Shown here piece by piece: positions 52,046 to 61,196 of a stretch of DNA of 64,000 nt (the stretch's first letter is position 1; every line of letters starts with the position of its first letter). The notes below the pieces were generated by a model. The model saw nothing but the letters and a program-made list of their open reading frames with translations, made no database searches and had not been told where the DNA came from. The stretch comes from a virus: the IMG/VR virus record IMGVR_UViG_3300023184_004167, positions 74,366-138,365 of that record; one strand, given 5' to 3'. The position numbers were made by a program, and so were the translations under genes.

Positions 52046-52765
52046 TTATTCTGAAAATCTTTTAGAATATTTTTCATTACCCCAATCAGAAAAATGAGGT
52101 AAATGAAATGGTGCAAAATTTCTTGTTGGTTTAAAAGTATGATGAATATCAGACTCCCAAATTCTACTTAACATATCTCCATCTTCCGCACCCCATCCCT
52201 CATATTTTTCATCAAATCCGTTTAATTTTAATAATAATTCTGTATCACATAAATAAACACCACCTAACCCACCAATATATCCATTAAGTGGACCATTATT
52301 TCTATTACCTGAATAAGCATACGACCAATCACTCATCTCAATTTTAAACGAGTTATCAATAATATAATTAGAAACATTATCTTCTAATTTAGCCAAATCA
52401 AAAGTACAAACATCACCTTTGTTTAAATTTTTAATTAATTCTAATAATTTGTCATAATCTTGTTCATAAAAAAATGCATCACAATCTATAACCATAAAAA
52501 AATCATAATCTTTCTTTTCTTTTAAAATAATATTTGTTTTTTCTGCTTTTTTATAAACCCCTAACGGATATGGAATATGAATTGAATCTAAAATAATTTG
52601 ATTTGGGGAAAAATCATATAAAGTAGTATTAACATTAACACCATTTTCACTTAGGAATAAAGAAAGTTTTTTTAATTCTCCCCAAGAAAAGTTAACATTT
52701 CTAATTCTTGTTGAGTCAGGGTTACCGTCATCCCAAAATTTCATATTTAATGATATACTATTCAT
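52046..52765 (-). CDS. GT-A glycosyltransferase with GT7/galactosyltransferase-like C-terminus
   Basis: DxD (IDCD), LNGFDEKYEGWGAEDGDM, HLPH. Confidence 0.82.
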   Translation of the reverse strand: MNSISLNMKFWDDGNPDSTRIRNVNFSWGELKKLSLFLSENGVNVNTTLYDFSPNQIILDSIHIPYPLGVYKKAEKTNIILKEKKDYDFFMVIDCDAFFYEQDYDKLLELIKNLNKGDVCTFDLAKLEDNVSNYIIDNSFKIEMSDWSYAYSGNRNNGPLNGYIGGLGGVYLCDTELLLKLNGFDEKYEGWGAEDGDMLSRIWESDIHHTFKPTRNFAPFHLPHFSDWGNEKYSKRFSE

Positions 52766-53693
52766 TAATTAATATTTTTATTTTTTCCCAAACATTAAAT
52801 GTTGGGTTTTTAAAAAAATCTTGTTTTAAGTTTTTAATGTTATTTATATAAAAATTATAATAATCTAAATGATTGTAAATAACATTATCAATTGTTTTAA
52901 TCATTTCATCAATAGTCATCCCATTTAAATTAATAAAACAATCTGATGAAATATAATCCGTAATATTTGAACACCCCAAGTATATCGGTATTGATTCTGT
53001 TAATATTGCGTCCCAAAATTTTTCGCTTATATAATTTTTTTGTATTGAATTTTCACAAGCAACAGAAAATAGATACTCATCTAACCCAACATGCTTATTC
53101 CAAACATCCCCCTTAATATTTTTACCATTATTAATCCAATGAACACCAAAAACATCTATTTTTTCATTTTCAGATAATTTAATTCCTAAATCAGTTCTTT
53201 TAGTATAATTTATTTCTGAAGTATTTGGATTAGATAAATGACTATAATGTGTTGAACCATCCCTTCTTACAATGATTGAGATTGTTTTATTTTTTATATA
53301 TTCTTTGTCTTTTATTTTTAAAGACCAATCCCATTCTTCCCTATTATCAAGTTCTCCGCTTCCTCCATAAAACATTGGTAATAATGTCTCAATATATTCT
53401 TCTCTATCTGGATAGTCTTTTTTATCTGAAATTAAAATTTTTGAACAATGATTATGTATATTATCTTTTGGTTGATTTGGTGACCACAAAGGTTCTTGGG
53501 AAATGTAAAAAGTTTTTTCTTTTGGTGTCTCTATTTTATCCCAATCAGTTCTTCCAAAAACAATTGTATAATCAGGATTTTCATTTACCAAAGAAAAATG
53601 TTTTAAATCTTCATCCGAAACAAATTGTCTTATCATTCTTGCATTTAATGAGGGAGCATCTGTCCACCAACATTCAAGCTTAATTTTAACCAT
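52758..53693 (-). CDS. GT10-family (alpha-1,3/4-fucosyltransferase-like) glycosyltransferase
   Basis: ISQEP and YLFSVACENSIQKNYISEKFWDAILTESIPIYLG fucosyltransferase motif. Confidence 0.85.
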   Translation of the reverse strand: MVKIKLECWWTDAPSLNARMIRQFVSDEDLKHFSLVNENPDYTIVFGRTDWDKIETPKEKTFYISQEPLWSPNQPKDNIHNHCSKILISDKKDYPDREEYIETLLPMFYGGSGELDNREEWDWSLKIKDKEYIKNKTISIIVRRDGSTHYSHLSNPNTSEINYTKRTDLGIKLSENEKIDVFGVHWINNGKNIKGDVWNKHVGLDEYLFSVACENSIQKNYISEKFWDAILTESIPIYLGCSNITDYISSDCFINLNGMTIDEMIKTIDNVIYNHLDYYNFYINNIKNLKQDFFKNPTFNVWEKIKILINE

Positions 53694-53696
53694 AAT

Positions 53697-54293
53697 TTAA
53701 TATATTTCTAACGAAAGTGCGTTATACCTAACATATCTATCACTGTAAAATTTAAAAGTATGTTGATTTCTAAAACCATTTATTTGTTCTGCGTAATGAC
53801 CATCAGCATTTCTCCATTCAATATTGGGGATTAAAGTTTTTTTAATTAATCTATATCTAATGATAAATGAACCAATATCACAACCACCTAATCTTAATCT
53901 ATCTTCATAACCCCATAATCTATCTTTTTCAGTTAATCCTTGCTTTTGAGAAAATAAAACTAAATCAACATCAGTCTCTTTTTCTTCATTATACGTTTTA
54001 ATTAAATCCCAAGTAACCACATTATCATCATCTAAAAAATAACACCAATCATTATCTTCACATTTTATGTCAGTAATGAAATAATTTCTTTGTTCGTGAC
54101 CCCAAAGATGAGAAGTATCAATTTTATAAAATTTAACTCTTTCATCGGATTTTAAAAAATCTAAAGATTCTTCACCAATTTTATTTGAACCCTCAATTAA
54201 ATGCCAATTAAAATCATTCACTTGATTTTTAATTGACGAATAAATAATCTTAATATTATTATATCTATAAAGTGGAGTAATAAAATGTATCAT
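53697..54293 (-). CDS. GT-A fold glycosyltransferase (GT2-like)
   Basis: FITPLYR, GHEQRN, YFLDDDN, DIGSF, ADG. Confidence 0.75.
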   Translation of the reverse strand: MIHFITPLYRYNNIKIIYSSIKNQVNDFNWHLIEGSNKIGEESLDFLKSDERVKFYKIDTSHLWGHEQRNYFITDIKCEDNDWCYFLDDDNVVTWDLIKTYNEEKETDVDLVLFSQKQGLTEKDRLWGYEDRLRLGGCDIGSFIIRYRLIKKTLIPNIEWRNADGHYAEQINGFRNQHTFKFYSDRYVRYNALSLEIY

Positions 54294-55045
54294 AGATTAT
54301 TTTTGTTTTCTTTAAAAAATTTCTCATATGGGTATAAATTGATATCAGGTAATACTTTATCACAAGGCATTCCAAACATCCCCGAAATATTACTTTTGGG
54401 ATTACTACAATTATATTTTGACCCAAAAGTAAAATCTCTATTAAAGAATGAGTATTTACCCACTCCTGGCTTTACGTGTTCGTGTCTAATGTCCGACACA
54501 ATATTATAAACCCCTTGGACGTATAATTGATAAACATCTTTATTTTTACTTTCTAACATTCTATATGTAATATCACCATCTTCTTCCCCAAACCCCAATA
54601 ATCTCTCATCAAAGTATCCTAATTCATCCACAAGAAATTTATTTACAACAAAAAATGAAAATGTTCCATTTATTTTTGACATACCATAATATTCTTCGGA
54701 ATCAATGTGGTTGGAAACAACTTCAAACATATTTTCAGTAACTAAATTAATGTCATCATTTAATAATAAAACATTATCTTTAGTTGAATGAATTAATAAT
54801 GTGTTCCACATCTTAGATAATCCTCTCATCTCTACAAAAAATATTGGAAATATATTAGGGTAAGATAAACATAAGGATAGGATTTTTTTTCTATATTCTT
54901 CATTGAAGTTAGAATCTTTTTCTCCATTAATACATAAAAAAATATTATTCGGAACATTTAATTCTCTTATTTTGTTAATTAGGGATTCAATAAAATCATA
55001 TCTTAACGAAAATGTGGTTATTCCTATATCAAAATTATTTTTCAT
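54290..55045 (-). CDS. GT2-family glycosyltransferase
   Basis: IGITTF, RGLSKMWN, LLLNDD, GYFDERLLGFGEEDGD; start moved to MKNNFD (55045) to avoid a long overlap with the methyltransferase. Confidence 0.8.
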   Translation of the reverse strand: MKNNFDIGITTFSLRYDFIESLINKIRELNVPNNIFLCINGEKDSNFNEEYRKKILSLCLSYPNIFPIFFVEMRGLSKMWNTLLIHSTKDNVLLLNDDINLVTENMFEVVSNHIDSEEYYGMSKINGTFSFFVVNKFLVDELGYFDERLLGFGEEDGDITYRMLESKNKDVYQLYVQGVYNIVSDIRHEHVKPGVGKYSFFNRDFTFGSKYNCSNPKSNISGMFGMPCDKVLPDINLYPYEKFFKENKNNL

Positions 55046-55589
55046 ATATCCAACAAGCCCCCATTTGTTTAATATTATCTTTATCTTTAAAAAATTCGTT
55101 AACTGCGGGATATACACCGCAGTCATAATGATAGTCGTGACCAGCAATAACCCCACCATTTTTTACTTTAGGATACCAAGAGTTTATATCTTTTTTAACG
55201 CTTTCATAATCGTGTCCTGCATCAATGAAAACAAAATCTAAACTATTGTCTTCATATAATAATGCTCCGTCCCAAGAAATTGATTTAATAATGTTAATAC
55301 TACTCTTAACGGGTTCAATGTTTTTTAAAAAAATATCAAATAAATTTTCAAATTGATTTTTATTAATTTCAATTGAAGTTTTAATATACTCCCAAGTATC
55401 AACACAATCAAATTTTATATTTTTACCTGAATTAATTATTTCAACCGCCATAAAACAAGCGCTCATTCCTTTCCACGCACCAACTTCAACAAAATGAGAA
55501 TCATTGTCAAATCTATTAACCATCATTGAATATAAATCTTCATACCCAAACCAATTTTCACTTTCTATTTTTTTATAAAAATGTTCCAT
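55035..55589 (-). CDS. Class I SAM-dependent methyltransferase (Methyltransf_24-like)
   Basis: VEVGAWKGMS, CVDTW, LDFVFIDAGHDYESV, GGVIAGHDY. Confidence 0.88.
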   Translation of the reverse strand: MEHFYKKIESENWFGYEDLYSMMVNRFDNDSHFVEVGAWKGMSACFMAVEIINSGKNIKFDCVDTWEYIKTSIEINKNQFENLFDIFLKNIEPVKSSINIIKSISWDGALLYEDNSLDFVFIDAGHDYESVKKDINSWYPKVKNGGVIAGHDYHYDCGVYPAVNEFFKDKDNIKQMGACWIYEK

Positions 55590-55593
55590 ATAT

Positions 55594-56130
55594 TTATTTT
55601 TTGTAAATTAATAATTTATTATCACAATATAATTTATAAGATAAATTGTTTTTTTCAAACCATTCAATAGTTAAAGAACAATCATACGCATGCAAGTCCT
55701 CAATAATATAATAACCACCTTCTTTTAAGTAAGGGGAAAGAGATTCAAAACTTATTATATGGTGTGAATGTTTATGTAGTCCGTCATCAATTATAATGTC
55801 ATATTCACCGCCATATGTTTCAATACATCTATTTAAATCTTCTTTGGAACTTTGGTCACCAATAAAAATACTAACACCATTTGTTTCAAATTTTTTAGAG
55901 TCTTGATTGATGTCAAAACCAATTAATTTTAAATCAGAAAAAAAAGATTTCCATAATTGTATTGATGCGCCCGGAAATCTTGGGTCATAAACACCAATTT
56001 CTAAAAGTTTAATTGGATTATTTTTTATATCTTGAAAGTATTTTTCATATATTTCAGTATATGAATGGGCTTCAAAATTTTGATTTCCTTTGTCAGTACC
56101 TATTTTATTTGCTATTTCGGTTAATGTCAT
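55594..56130 (-). CDS. SAM-dependent sugar O-methyltransferase-like protein (MycE/TylE-like)
   Basis: GTDKG..HSY..Y, LLEIGV, GFDIN, GDQS, DIIIDDGLH, GGYYIIEDL. Confidence 0.8.
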   Translation of the reverse strand: MTLTEIANKIGTDKGNQNFEAHSYTEIYEKYFQDIKNNPIKLLEIGVYDPRFPGASIQLWKSFFSDLKLIGFDINQDSKKFETNGVSIFIGDQSSKEDLNRCIETYGGEYDIIIDDGLHKHSHHIISFESLSPYLKEGGYYIIEDLHAYDCSLTIEWFEKNNLSYKLYCDNKLLIYKK

Positions 56131-56152
56131 TTTAAAACTTATTTTATTACTT

Positions 56153-56881
56153 TTAAGGATAATTTTTTATATTTTGTAATTTATTAAATCCACCATAAGA
56201 TGTAAATCTATTTTCAATATTAGAAAAGCTCATTCTTTGATTAAAAAGTATTGGATAGTAAAAATAAATTTTTAAATCATGCTCTAAAAGTTCTTTTATT
56301 CCTGTCAAATTTGTGTTCATTCTCCAATGTTTTTTTGTCGCCAAAAAACTATAATAACTGTCTATTTGTTCTCCGTGAACAACTGAATTTTTATCCAAAT
56401 AATTAAAATGATTAATTACAAAATTTGCAAATTTTAAAGAAGTAATATATACTGTCGTTTGAACAAATTTGTTAGGTTTTATCAAAAAATCATTATATTT
56501 TTCTGATTTTTCTAATAAAGTAGCACCTAAAAAAAGTAAATCAAAATCCGATTCAAGTATTTTTTTTATAACATCATCTGAAATTTCAAATTTTTCTTGT
56601 TGACAAATATCTAAAAAAAAATCATCCTCAAATATGATTACTTTTTCAAAATTATTTTTAACTTGGGTTTTTAAAATTTCCATATGACTATGTGTACATC
56701 CCCTTATAGTCCATCCAAACTCATCACTATCTTCTGTAATTTTGATTGCATCAAATCTTTCAACACCAACAATATTATTTTTATCAAATTCTTTTAAAGA
56801 TTCCTCTAATCTATCTTTTCGTTCTTCAAGATTAATTAAAAATCCTTTATCTGCAATTTTAATACCGTTCCAAGTAACCAT
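56153..56881 (-). CDS. GT25-family glycosyltransferase
   Basis: INLEERKDR, ERFDAI, GCTHSH, IFEDD, DLLFLG. Confidence 0.85.
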   Translation of the reverse strand: MVTWNGIKIADKGFLINLEERKDRLEESLKEFDKNNIVGVERFDAIKITEDSDEFGWTIRGCTHSHMEILKTQVKNNFEKVIIFEDDFFLDICQQEKFEISDDVIKKILESDFDLLFLGATLLEKSEKYNDFLIKPNKFVQTTVYITSLKFANFVINHFNYLDKNSVVHGEQIDSYYSFLATKKHWRMNTNLTGIKELLEHDLKIYFYYPILFNQRMSFSNIENRFTSYGGFNKLQNIKNYP

Positions 56882-56883
56882 TT

Positions 56884-58131
56884 TTATAAATTTCCTGTTA
56901 TTCTTTCACACCATCCTTTTGATTCCGAGTGAGGCCATACAACCCAATACTTTGGACTATATGATGTTTGGAATTCTCTCCATACTTTACAATATCCGTC
57001 TGGGTCTCTAAAATATGAATCAATTTCATTTTTATCTGAATCTTTTCTAAATAAAGTTTCGTCATTCTCTCCGTGAAACGCAACAACCCAAAAGTCATAA
57101 TCTTTTTCAGGAACGCTTGTATAACCAACATCAATACAATGTTTAAATATTTTTGCGAAACTATCTTTCCATTCTTGCTCATTATTATAATTGTATGGAT
57201 TTGGAGGATAATTTTTATCTATTGTCCATTGTTGGATTGCTCTATCACTAAACAATAAACCAGAATATATTTCATAGTCTCTTAAACTTCTAATTGTTCC
57301 AAAACCATATAATCCGTCGTGTCCTTGTTGAGTTTCTCCATCCATACCAAATAATTTTCTATTTGTTAGATGAGAATGTGAGTTTTTATTTCCCCACTCT
57401 TTGTCATCATCCCATTGTTTTGTTCTACCTTTACGAGTATATTCGTGATAAAACACTGGAATATTTGGGTGGAATAAATCATATCCCCAAGTGTATGCTC
57501 TTGCGGCAATTGAAATTTCTTCTCCGTGGAAATAGTATTCAGGGTTGTGTTGAACTTCTTTTGAGAATTCGCCTAATGTGAAACAAAAGTGGGCGGAATA
57601 GAATCTTGCGGTAACAGGTTTTTTAATGTCTTTCCATCCTGGAATTGTTTCAGGTAAAAAGAAAACGGCACCTTCGGGAATGAATCTGTCAAACACCATA
57701 CGCCAAGGCTCCTGTGCTCTACCCTGTGGGTCATTATCAGGGTCAAAGGATGGTACATAACCCGTAAGTAAGGGTTTCTTGTACCCGTCCTTCTGTAACC
57801 CCTTAATCATCTTAATTAAGATATCATCCCAATCTTTAACAACCCTCATATGAGAGTCAATTTGAAGGGTGTATTCTTCTCCATCATAAAGTTGTTGTGT
57901 TAAATTTCTTGCCCAACAAACTCCTTTTGCGTCTTGATATGGAATGTCTAAGATTTTAAATCTCTTATCTTTTCTCCATTCATCTAAATTGTCAAAACCA
58001 TCTGTTTCTGAAAATTGTCTTGCGATACTGAAAACTAAATTTTTTGGTCTTTTTGCGTTTGCCAACATATCTTTAATTGTTGGAACTAATTGGGGGTCGC
58101 GATAACTTGCGATTTGAATAAAAATCTTCAT
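56884..58131 (-). CDS. GT60-family polypeptide/hydroxyproline alpha-GlcNAc transferase (Gnt1-like)
   Basis: IFIQIASYRDPQL..TI, AKGVCWAR, YTLQIDSHMR..WD, LTGY, SAHFCF, FHGEEI.IAARAYTWGYDLFHP, YGFGTIRSLRDYE. Confidence 0.85.
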   Translation of the reverse strand: MKIFIQIASYRDPQLVPTIKDMLANAKRPKNLVFSIARQFSETDGFDNLDEWRKDKRFKILDIPYQDAKGVCWARNLTQQLYDGEEYTLQIDSHMRVVKDWDDILIKMIKGLQKDGYKKPLLTGYVPSFDPDNDPQGRAQEPWRMVFDRFIPEGAVFFLPETIPGWKDIKKPVTARFYSAHFCFTLGEFSKEVQHNPEYYFHGEEISIAARAYTWGYDLFHPNIPVFYHEYTRKGRTKQWDDDKEWGNKNSHSHLTNRKLFGMDGETQQGHDGLYGFGTIRSLRDYEIYSGLLFSDRAIQQWTIDKNYPPNPYNYNNEQEWKDSFAKIFKHCIDVGYTSVPEKDYDFWVVAFHGENDETLFRKDSDKNEIDSYFRDPDGYCKVWREFQTSYSPKYWVVWPHSESKGWCERITGNL

Positions 58132-58154
58132 ATTATTTTTAATTTACTCAAAAA

Positions 58155-58184
58155 ATAAAAAACTATTCTAAAAAGAATAGTTTT
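58155..58184 (-). terminator. Terminator between BspA-like gene and glycosylation cluster
   Basis: AAAACTATTCT/AGAATAGTTTT stem plus T-run. Confidence 0.65.
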
Positions 58185-58212
58185 AATATTAAAAAAGATA
58201 AATTAATTTTAA

Positions 58213-59730
58213 TTATACAATACCTCCATCAACAATATTCCAAGAGTTTGTTCCTCCTGTTAAAATATCTCTGCCGGGTTGACCTGTACTTGTATAATTT
58301 ATTGTTCCAAAATCAACTGGGTCAATACTAGGACTAACAGACAATTGTGACCAACCATTTAATAATGCATCATAATTTGTTGTTGAATAATCAGAAGATG
58401 TTTTTTCTGACATAAATCCTGTGAAGTTTGTTACATTAAATATATTCCATCCACTAATACTTTGGTCAAATGATGTTGCGTGCTTAAACATAGAACTCAT
58501 ATCTTGCACATTTCCCAAAGTTGAAACATCAGGTGAAGTTCTTTCCCAATTTCCTATTGGTTGATTAAAATTAAATGCGTTTTCAAACATTTGGTTCATT
58601 TGAATAACACTAGATGTATTCCAATTACTTATATCTCTATTGAAATTTACTGCTGCTGCAAACATTGCTACCATATCTTGTACATTTGCCAAAGTTGAAA
58701 CATCAGGTGAAGTTCTTTCCCAATTTGATATGTCAGAATTAAATTCTAACGCCCCAAGGAACATCGCGTACATATTTGTAACAGACGAAACATTCCAAGA
58801 ACTTATGTCATCATTAAAATTAGTTGCATTTGTAAAAACGAGAGACATATTTTGTATTTGAGATACATCCCAGTTATTTATGTTTGGTATTGTATCAACC
58901 ATAGTACAAGTATTAAACATATTACTTAAATCGGTTGTTCCCACTAAATTAAGTGTATCTGTCACCCCTGTTAAAACTAAACTTGTACAACCATAAAAAT
59001 AACCACCACTATTACCTAATTTTAAATTACCCCATTGTAATACTTCAGTTATTTTGGAGCAATCTCCGGTGTTGTTAAATGTCCATCCACTTAATGCACC
59101 ACTAATTGTTACAGTATACCCACTAGCGTCTGTATATGTGTGAGTAGTTTGAGCATCATCCCAAGCAGTAATTGTATCAAAACTACCATCACCCCAGTTA
59201 ACAACAAAATCATAAGTTCCTGATGATTCTAAAGGTAATGTTATTGTTTCACTTGGAGAACTTGTCAACCAAGTACTAATAAATGGTGGAGGAGGAGTTG
59301 AACTAGGTGTGGGTGTCATTGTATTTGTAGGTGTTTGTGTAGGTGTTTCTGAATTTGTAGGTGTATTTGTAGGTGTTTGAGTAGGTGTTTCTGTATTTGT
59401 AGGTGTTTGTGTTGGTGTCTCTGTATTTGTAGGTGTTTGTGTTGGTGTCTCTGTATTTGTAGGCGTAACACTTGGAGTAACGCTTGGAGTAACGCTTGGA
59501 GTAACGCTTGGTGTTGGTGTTACAGGAACAGGAGGAAATACTCCATCATCAACCAATTCAAATTTACCGGTAAATGCCGATGAAAATGTGTTACTTATTA
59601 TCCAAACATTTTTTGTTTGGTTTTGTTCCAATGGAACTTGGTATTCCCACATCCCGTCATCACATCTTCTATAATTAACGTAGACAATTGTGCTACCAGT
59701 GTTTGATAAAGTATATTTACTGCATGCCAT
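58213..59730 (-). CDS. BspA/DUF285 repeat protein with Thr/Pro stalk and PKD-like domain
   Basis: FISTW..TITLPL..YDFVVNWGDG..THTY (PKD-like); repeats W[DN]VSxVxNMxxMFxxAxxFNxDIxx; long TPT stalk; no signal peptide. Confidence 0.85.
   Translation of the reverse strand: MACSKYTLSNTGSTIVYVNYRRCDDGMWEYQVPLEQNQTKNVWIISNTFSSAFTGKFELVDDGVFPPVPVTPTPSVTPSVTPSVTPSVTPTNTETPTQTPTNTETPTQTPTNTETPTQTPTNTPTNSETPTQTPTNTMTPTPSSTPPPPFISTWLTSSPSETITLPLESSGTYDFVVNWGDGSFDTITAWDDAQTTHTYTDASGYTVTISGALSGWTFNNTGDCSKITEVLQWGNLKLGNSGGYFYGCTSLVLTGVTDTLNLVGTTDLSNMFNTCTMVDTIPNINNWDVSQIQNMSLVFTNATNFNDDISSWNVSSVTNMYAMFLGALEFNSDISNWERTSPDVSTLANVQDMVAMFAAAVNFNRDISNWNTSSVIQMNQMFENAFNFNQPIGNWERTSPDVSTLGNVQDMSSMFKHATSFDQSISGWNIFNVTNFTGFMSEKTSSDYSTTNYDALLNGWSQLSVSPSIDPVDFGTINYTSTGQPGRDILTGGTNSWNIVDGGIV
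58498..58726. repeat. ~55-bp near-identical direct repeat (58498-58552 and 58672-58726)
   Basis: Encodes NWERTSPDVSTL(G/A)NVQDM twice; two mismatches. Confidence 0.85.
59300..59520. repeat. Coding tandem repeats (30-bp TPTQTPTNTE units; 12-bp TPSV units)
   Basis: CTGTATTTGTAGGTGTTTGTGTTGGTGTCT exact at 59391-59420 and 59421-59450 plus degenerate copies; GTAACGCTTGGA about three times. Confidence 0.9.
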
Positions 59731-59798
59731 ATATTCTGTTTTTTTTATAAATAGTTTAAATTGTCAAATAATTTTTTGTTGATGAAAAATATTATTTA

Positions 59799-60167
59799 TT
59801 ATATTGGTGTTTCTGTAGGTGTTGGTGTTTCCGAAGGGGTTGGAGAAGGTATCCACGGAAATGGTAAATTAACTATTGGGGGATTAATAATATCTTTTAT
59901 TTTTTTGGTAATGATTGATTGTAGATTATTTGTATCATTACGTTCATATAACCAAGTAATAACCATTTCTTGAGTAATGTCACCATATAAGATATAATCA
60001 GTATCATTAACTGAATCAAATTCGGTATATCCTTCTATTTTTGAGGTAATACCATTATCATCTATTCCAATGTAATCCCAATAAACTCTTGTTACAAAAT
60101 TCTCATAACCATTAAATAATGGAATTATATCCATTAATTTTATATTCCAATTGTATGTGTTTGCCAT
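59799..60167 (-). CDS. Conserved tail-fiber-associated phage protein with C-terminal Thr/Pro tail
   Basis: TYNWNI..VTRVYW..ILYGDITQEMVITWL..INPP..LPFPW followed by IPSPTPSETPTPTETPI. Confidence 0.6.
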   Translation of the reverse strand: MANTYNWNIKLMDIIPLFNGYENFVTRVYWDYIGIDDNGITSKIEGYTEFDSVNDTDYILYGDITQEMVITWLYERNDTNNLQSIITKKIKDIINPPIVNLPFPWIPSPTPSETPTPTETPI

Positions 60168-60188
60168 AATTTTATTATAAATATTTTA

Positions 60189-61184
60189 TTACCAAGAATA
60201 AACTCTAACTTCTCCTCTACCTCCAGTTCCACCAGAACCTCCTGTACCTGTGCCCGTTCCATTTCCTCCTCCTCCTCCGCCACCACCACAGATTCCACCA
60301 TTTCCACCTGCCCCACCATTACCATCAGTTGTATTCCATTTTTCACCGCCGCCACCTCCTCCTCCACCACACTTAATGGAACTTCCATCAGTACCTGAAA
60401 CACCACTGGTCGCGTTACCTGTTTGTACACCCGTACCCGCAGCACCACCAGCACCCGCAACATATGATTGAGCAGAACCTCCTGATGTTGGGGACATATG
60501 TGTTATATTCGCGGCAAGTGTACATCCACCTGTACCTCCACCCGCACCTCCAAATATTGAACTTCCTCCTGCACTATTTGATGCACCACCCAATGCTCTT
60601 CCTCCTCCTCCGCCTCCACCATATTCTGCATTTCCTGCGGTAGTTGTTGATGATGATGCCCCTTGTCCTCCAAGTGCGGTTGCACTTGAAGCCCCTGGTT
60701 GTCCACCATTAATTAATGTCGTTACATTTGATGACTGAGCACCTGAACTTGCGGTTCCTGCTCCGCCACCACCATTTAAATCAGTACCTGTTGTTATAGT
60801 TCCAGCACCACCTCCTCCACCGCCAAACCCGCTTAATAATTTTGAACCAGAACTAAATGTTGAGGTTCCTCCACCCCCACCACTTCCACCATTACCTGAT
60901 GATGTTGCACCACTACCTGATAACCCACTACTACCTACAACCACAGTTTCAGTTGCATTCAAATCGGATGATGTATATAATCTTTGAGCGAACGCTCCAC
61001 CACCTCCTCCTGTTCCACCAAATCTTAATGTACCTGAAGCGGCCGTTGCTCCACCACCTCCTCCACCTCCAGCACCAACACAAACCACATATACAAATTT
61101 GCAACCTGTAGGTTTTGTCCAAGTACCATTTGATGTGAATGTTTGAACATCACTCGCTTCGTTTATAATATTGTTAACTGCCAT
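60189..61184 (-). CDS. Glycine-rich tail-fiber/adhesin-like protein, paralog 3
   Basis: TWTKPTGCKFVYVVCVG...AEYGGGGG...GGRGEVRVYSW. Confidence 0.75.
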   Translation of the reverse strand: MAVNNIINEASDVQTFTSNGTWTKPTGCKFVYVVCVGAGGGGGGGATAASGTLRFGGTGGGGGAFAQRLYTSSDLNATETVVVGSSGLSGSGATSSGNGGSGGGGGTSTFSSGSKLLSGFGGGGGGAGTITTGTDLNGGGGAGTASSGAQSSNVTTLINGGQPGASSATALGGQGASSSTTTAGNAEYGGGGGGGRALGGASNSAGGSSIFGGAGGGTGGCTLAANITHMSPTSGGSAQSYVAGAGGAAGTGVQTGNATSGVSGTDGSSIKCGGGGGGGGEKWNTTDGNGGAGGNGGICGGGGGGGGNGTGTGTGGSGGTGGRGEVRVYSW

Positions 61185-61196
61185 AATTTAATTTTT

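Noticed and set aside
55046-55159. ORF-track N-terminal extension of the GT2 gene that looks like a membrane anchor
   Set aside because: It lies wholly within the methyltransferase CDS in another frame; ATG at 55045 gives typical translational coupling.
58498-58726. 55-bp near-identical repeat pair as a possible diversity-generating retroelement TR/VR
   Set aside because: Both copies are in-frame in one gene, only one of two mismatches involves adenine, and no reverse transcriptase is in the window.
59300-59520. 30-bp repeats as a CRISPR array
   Set aside because: Head-to-tail without spacers, in-frame coding, no cas genes.
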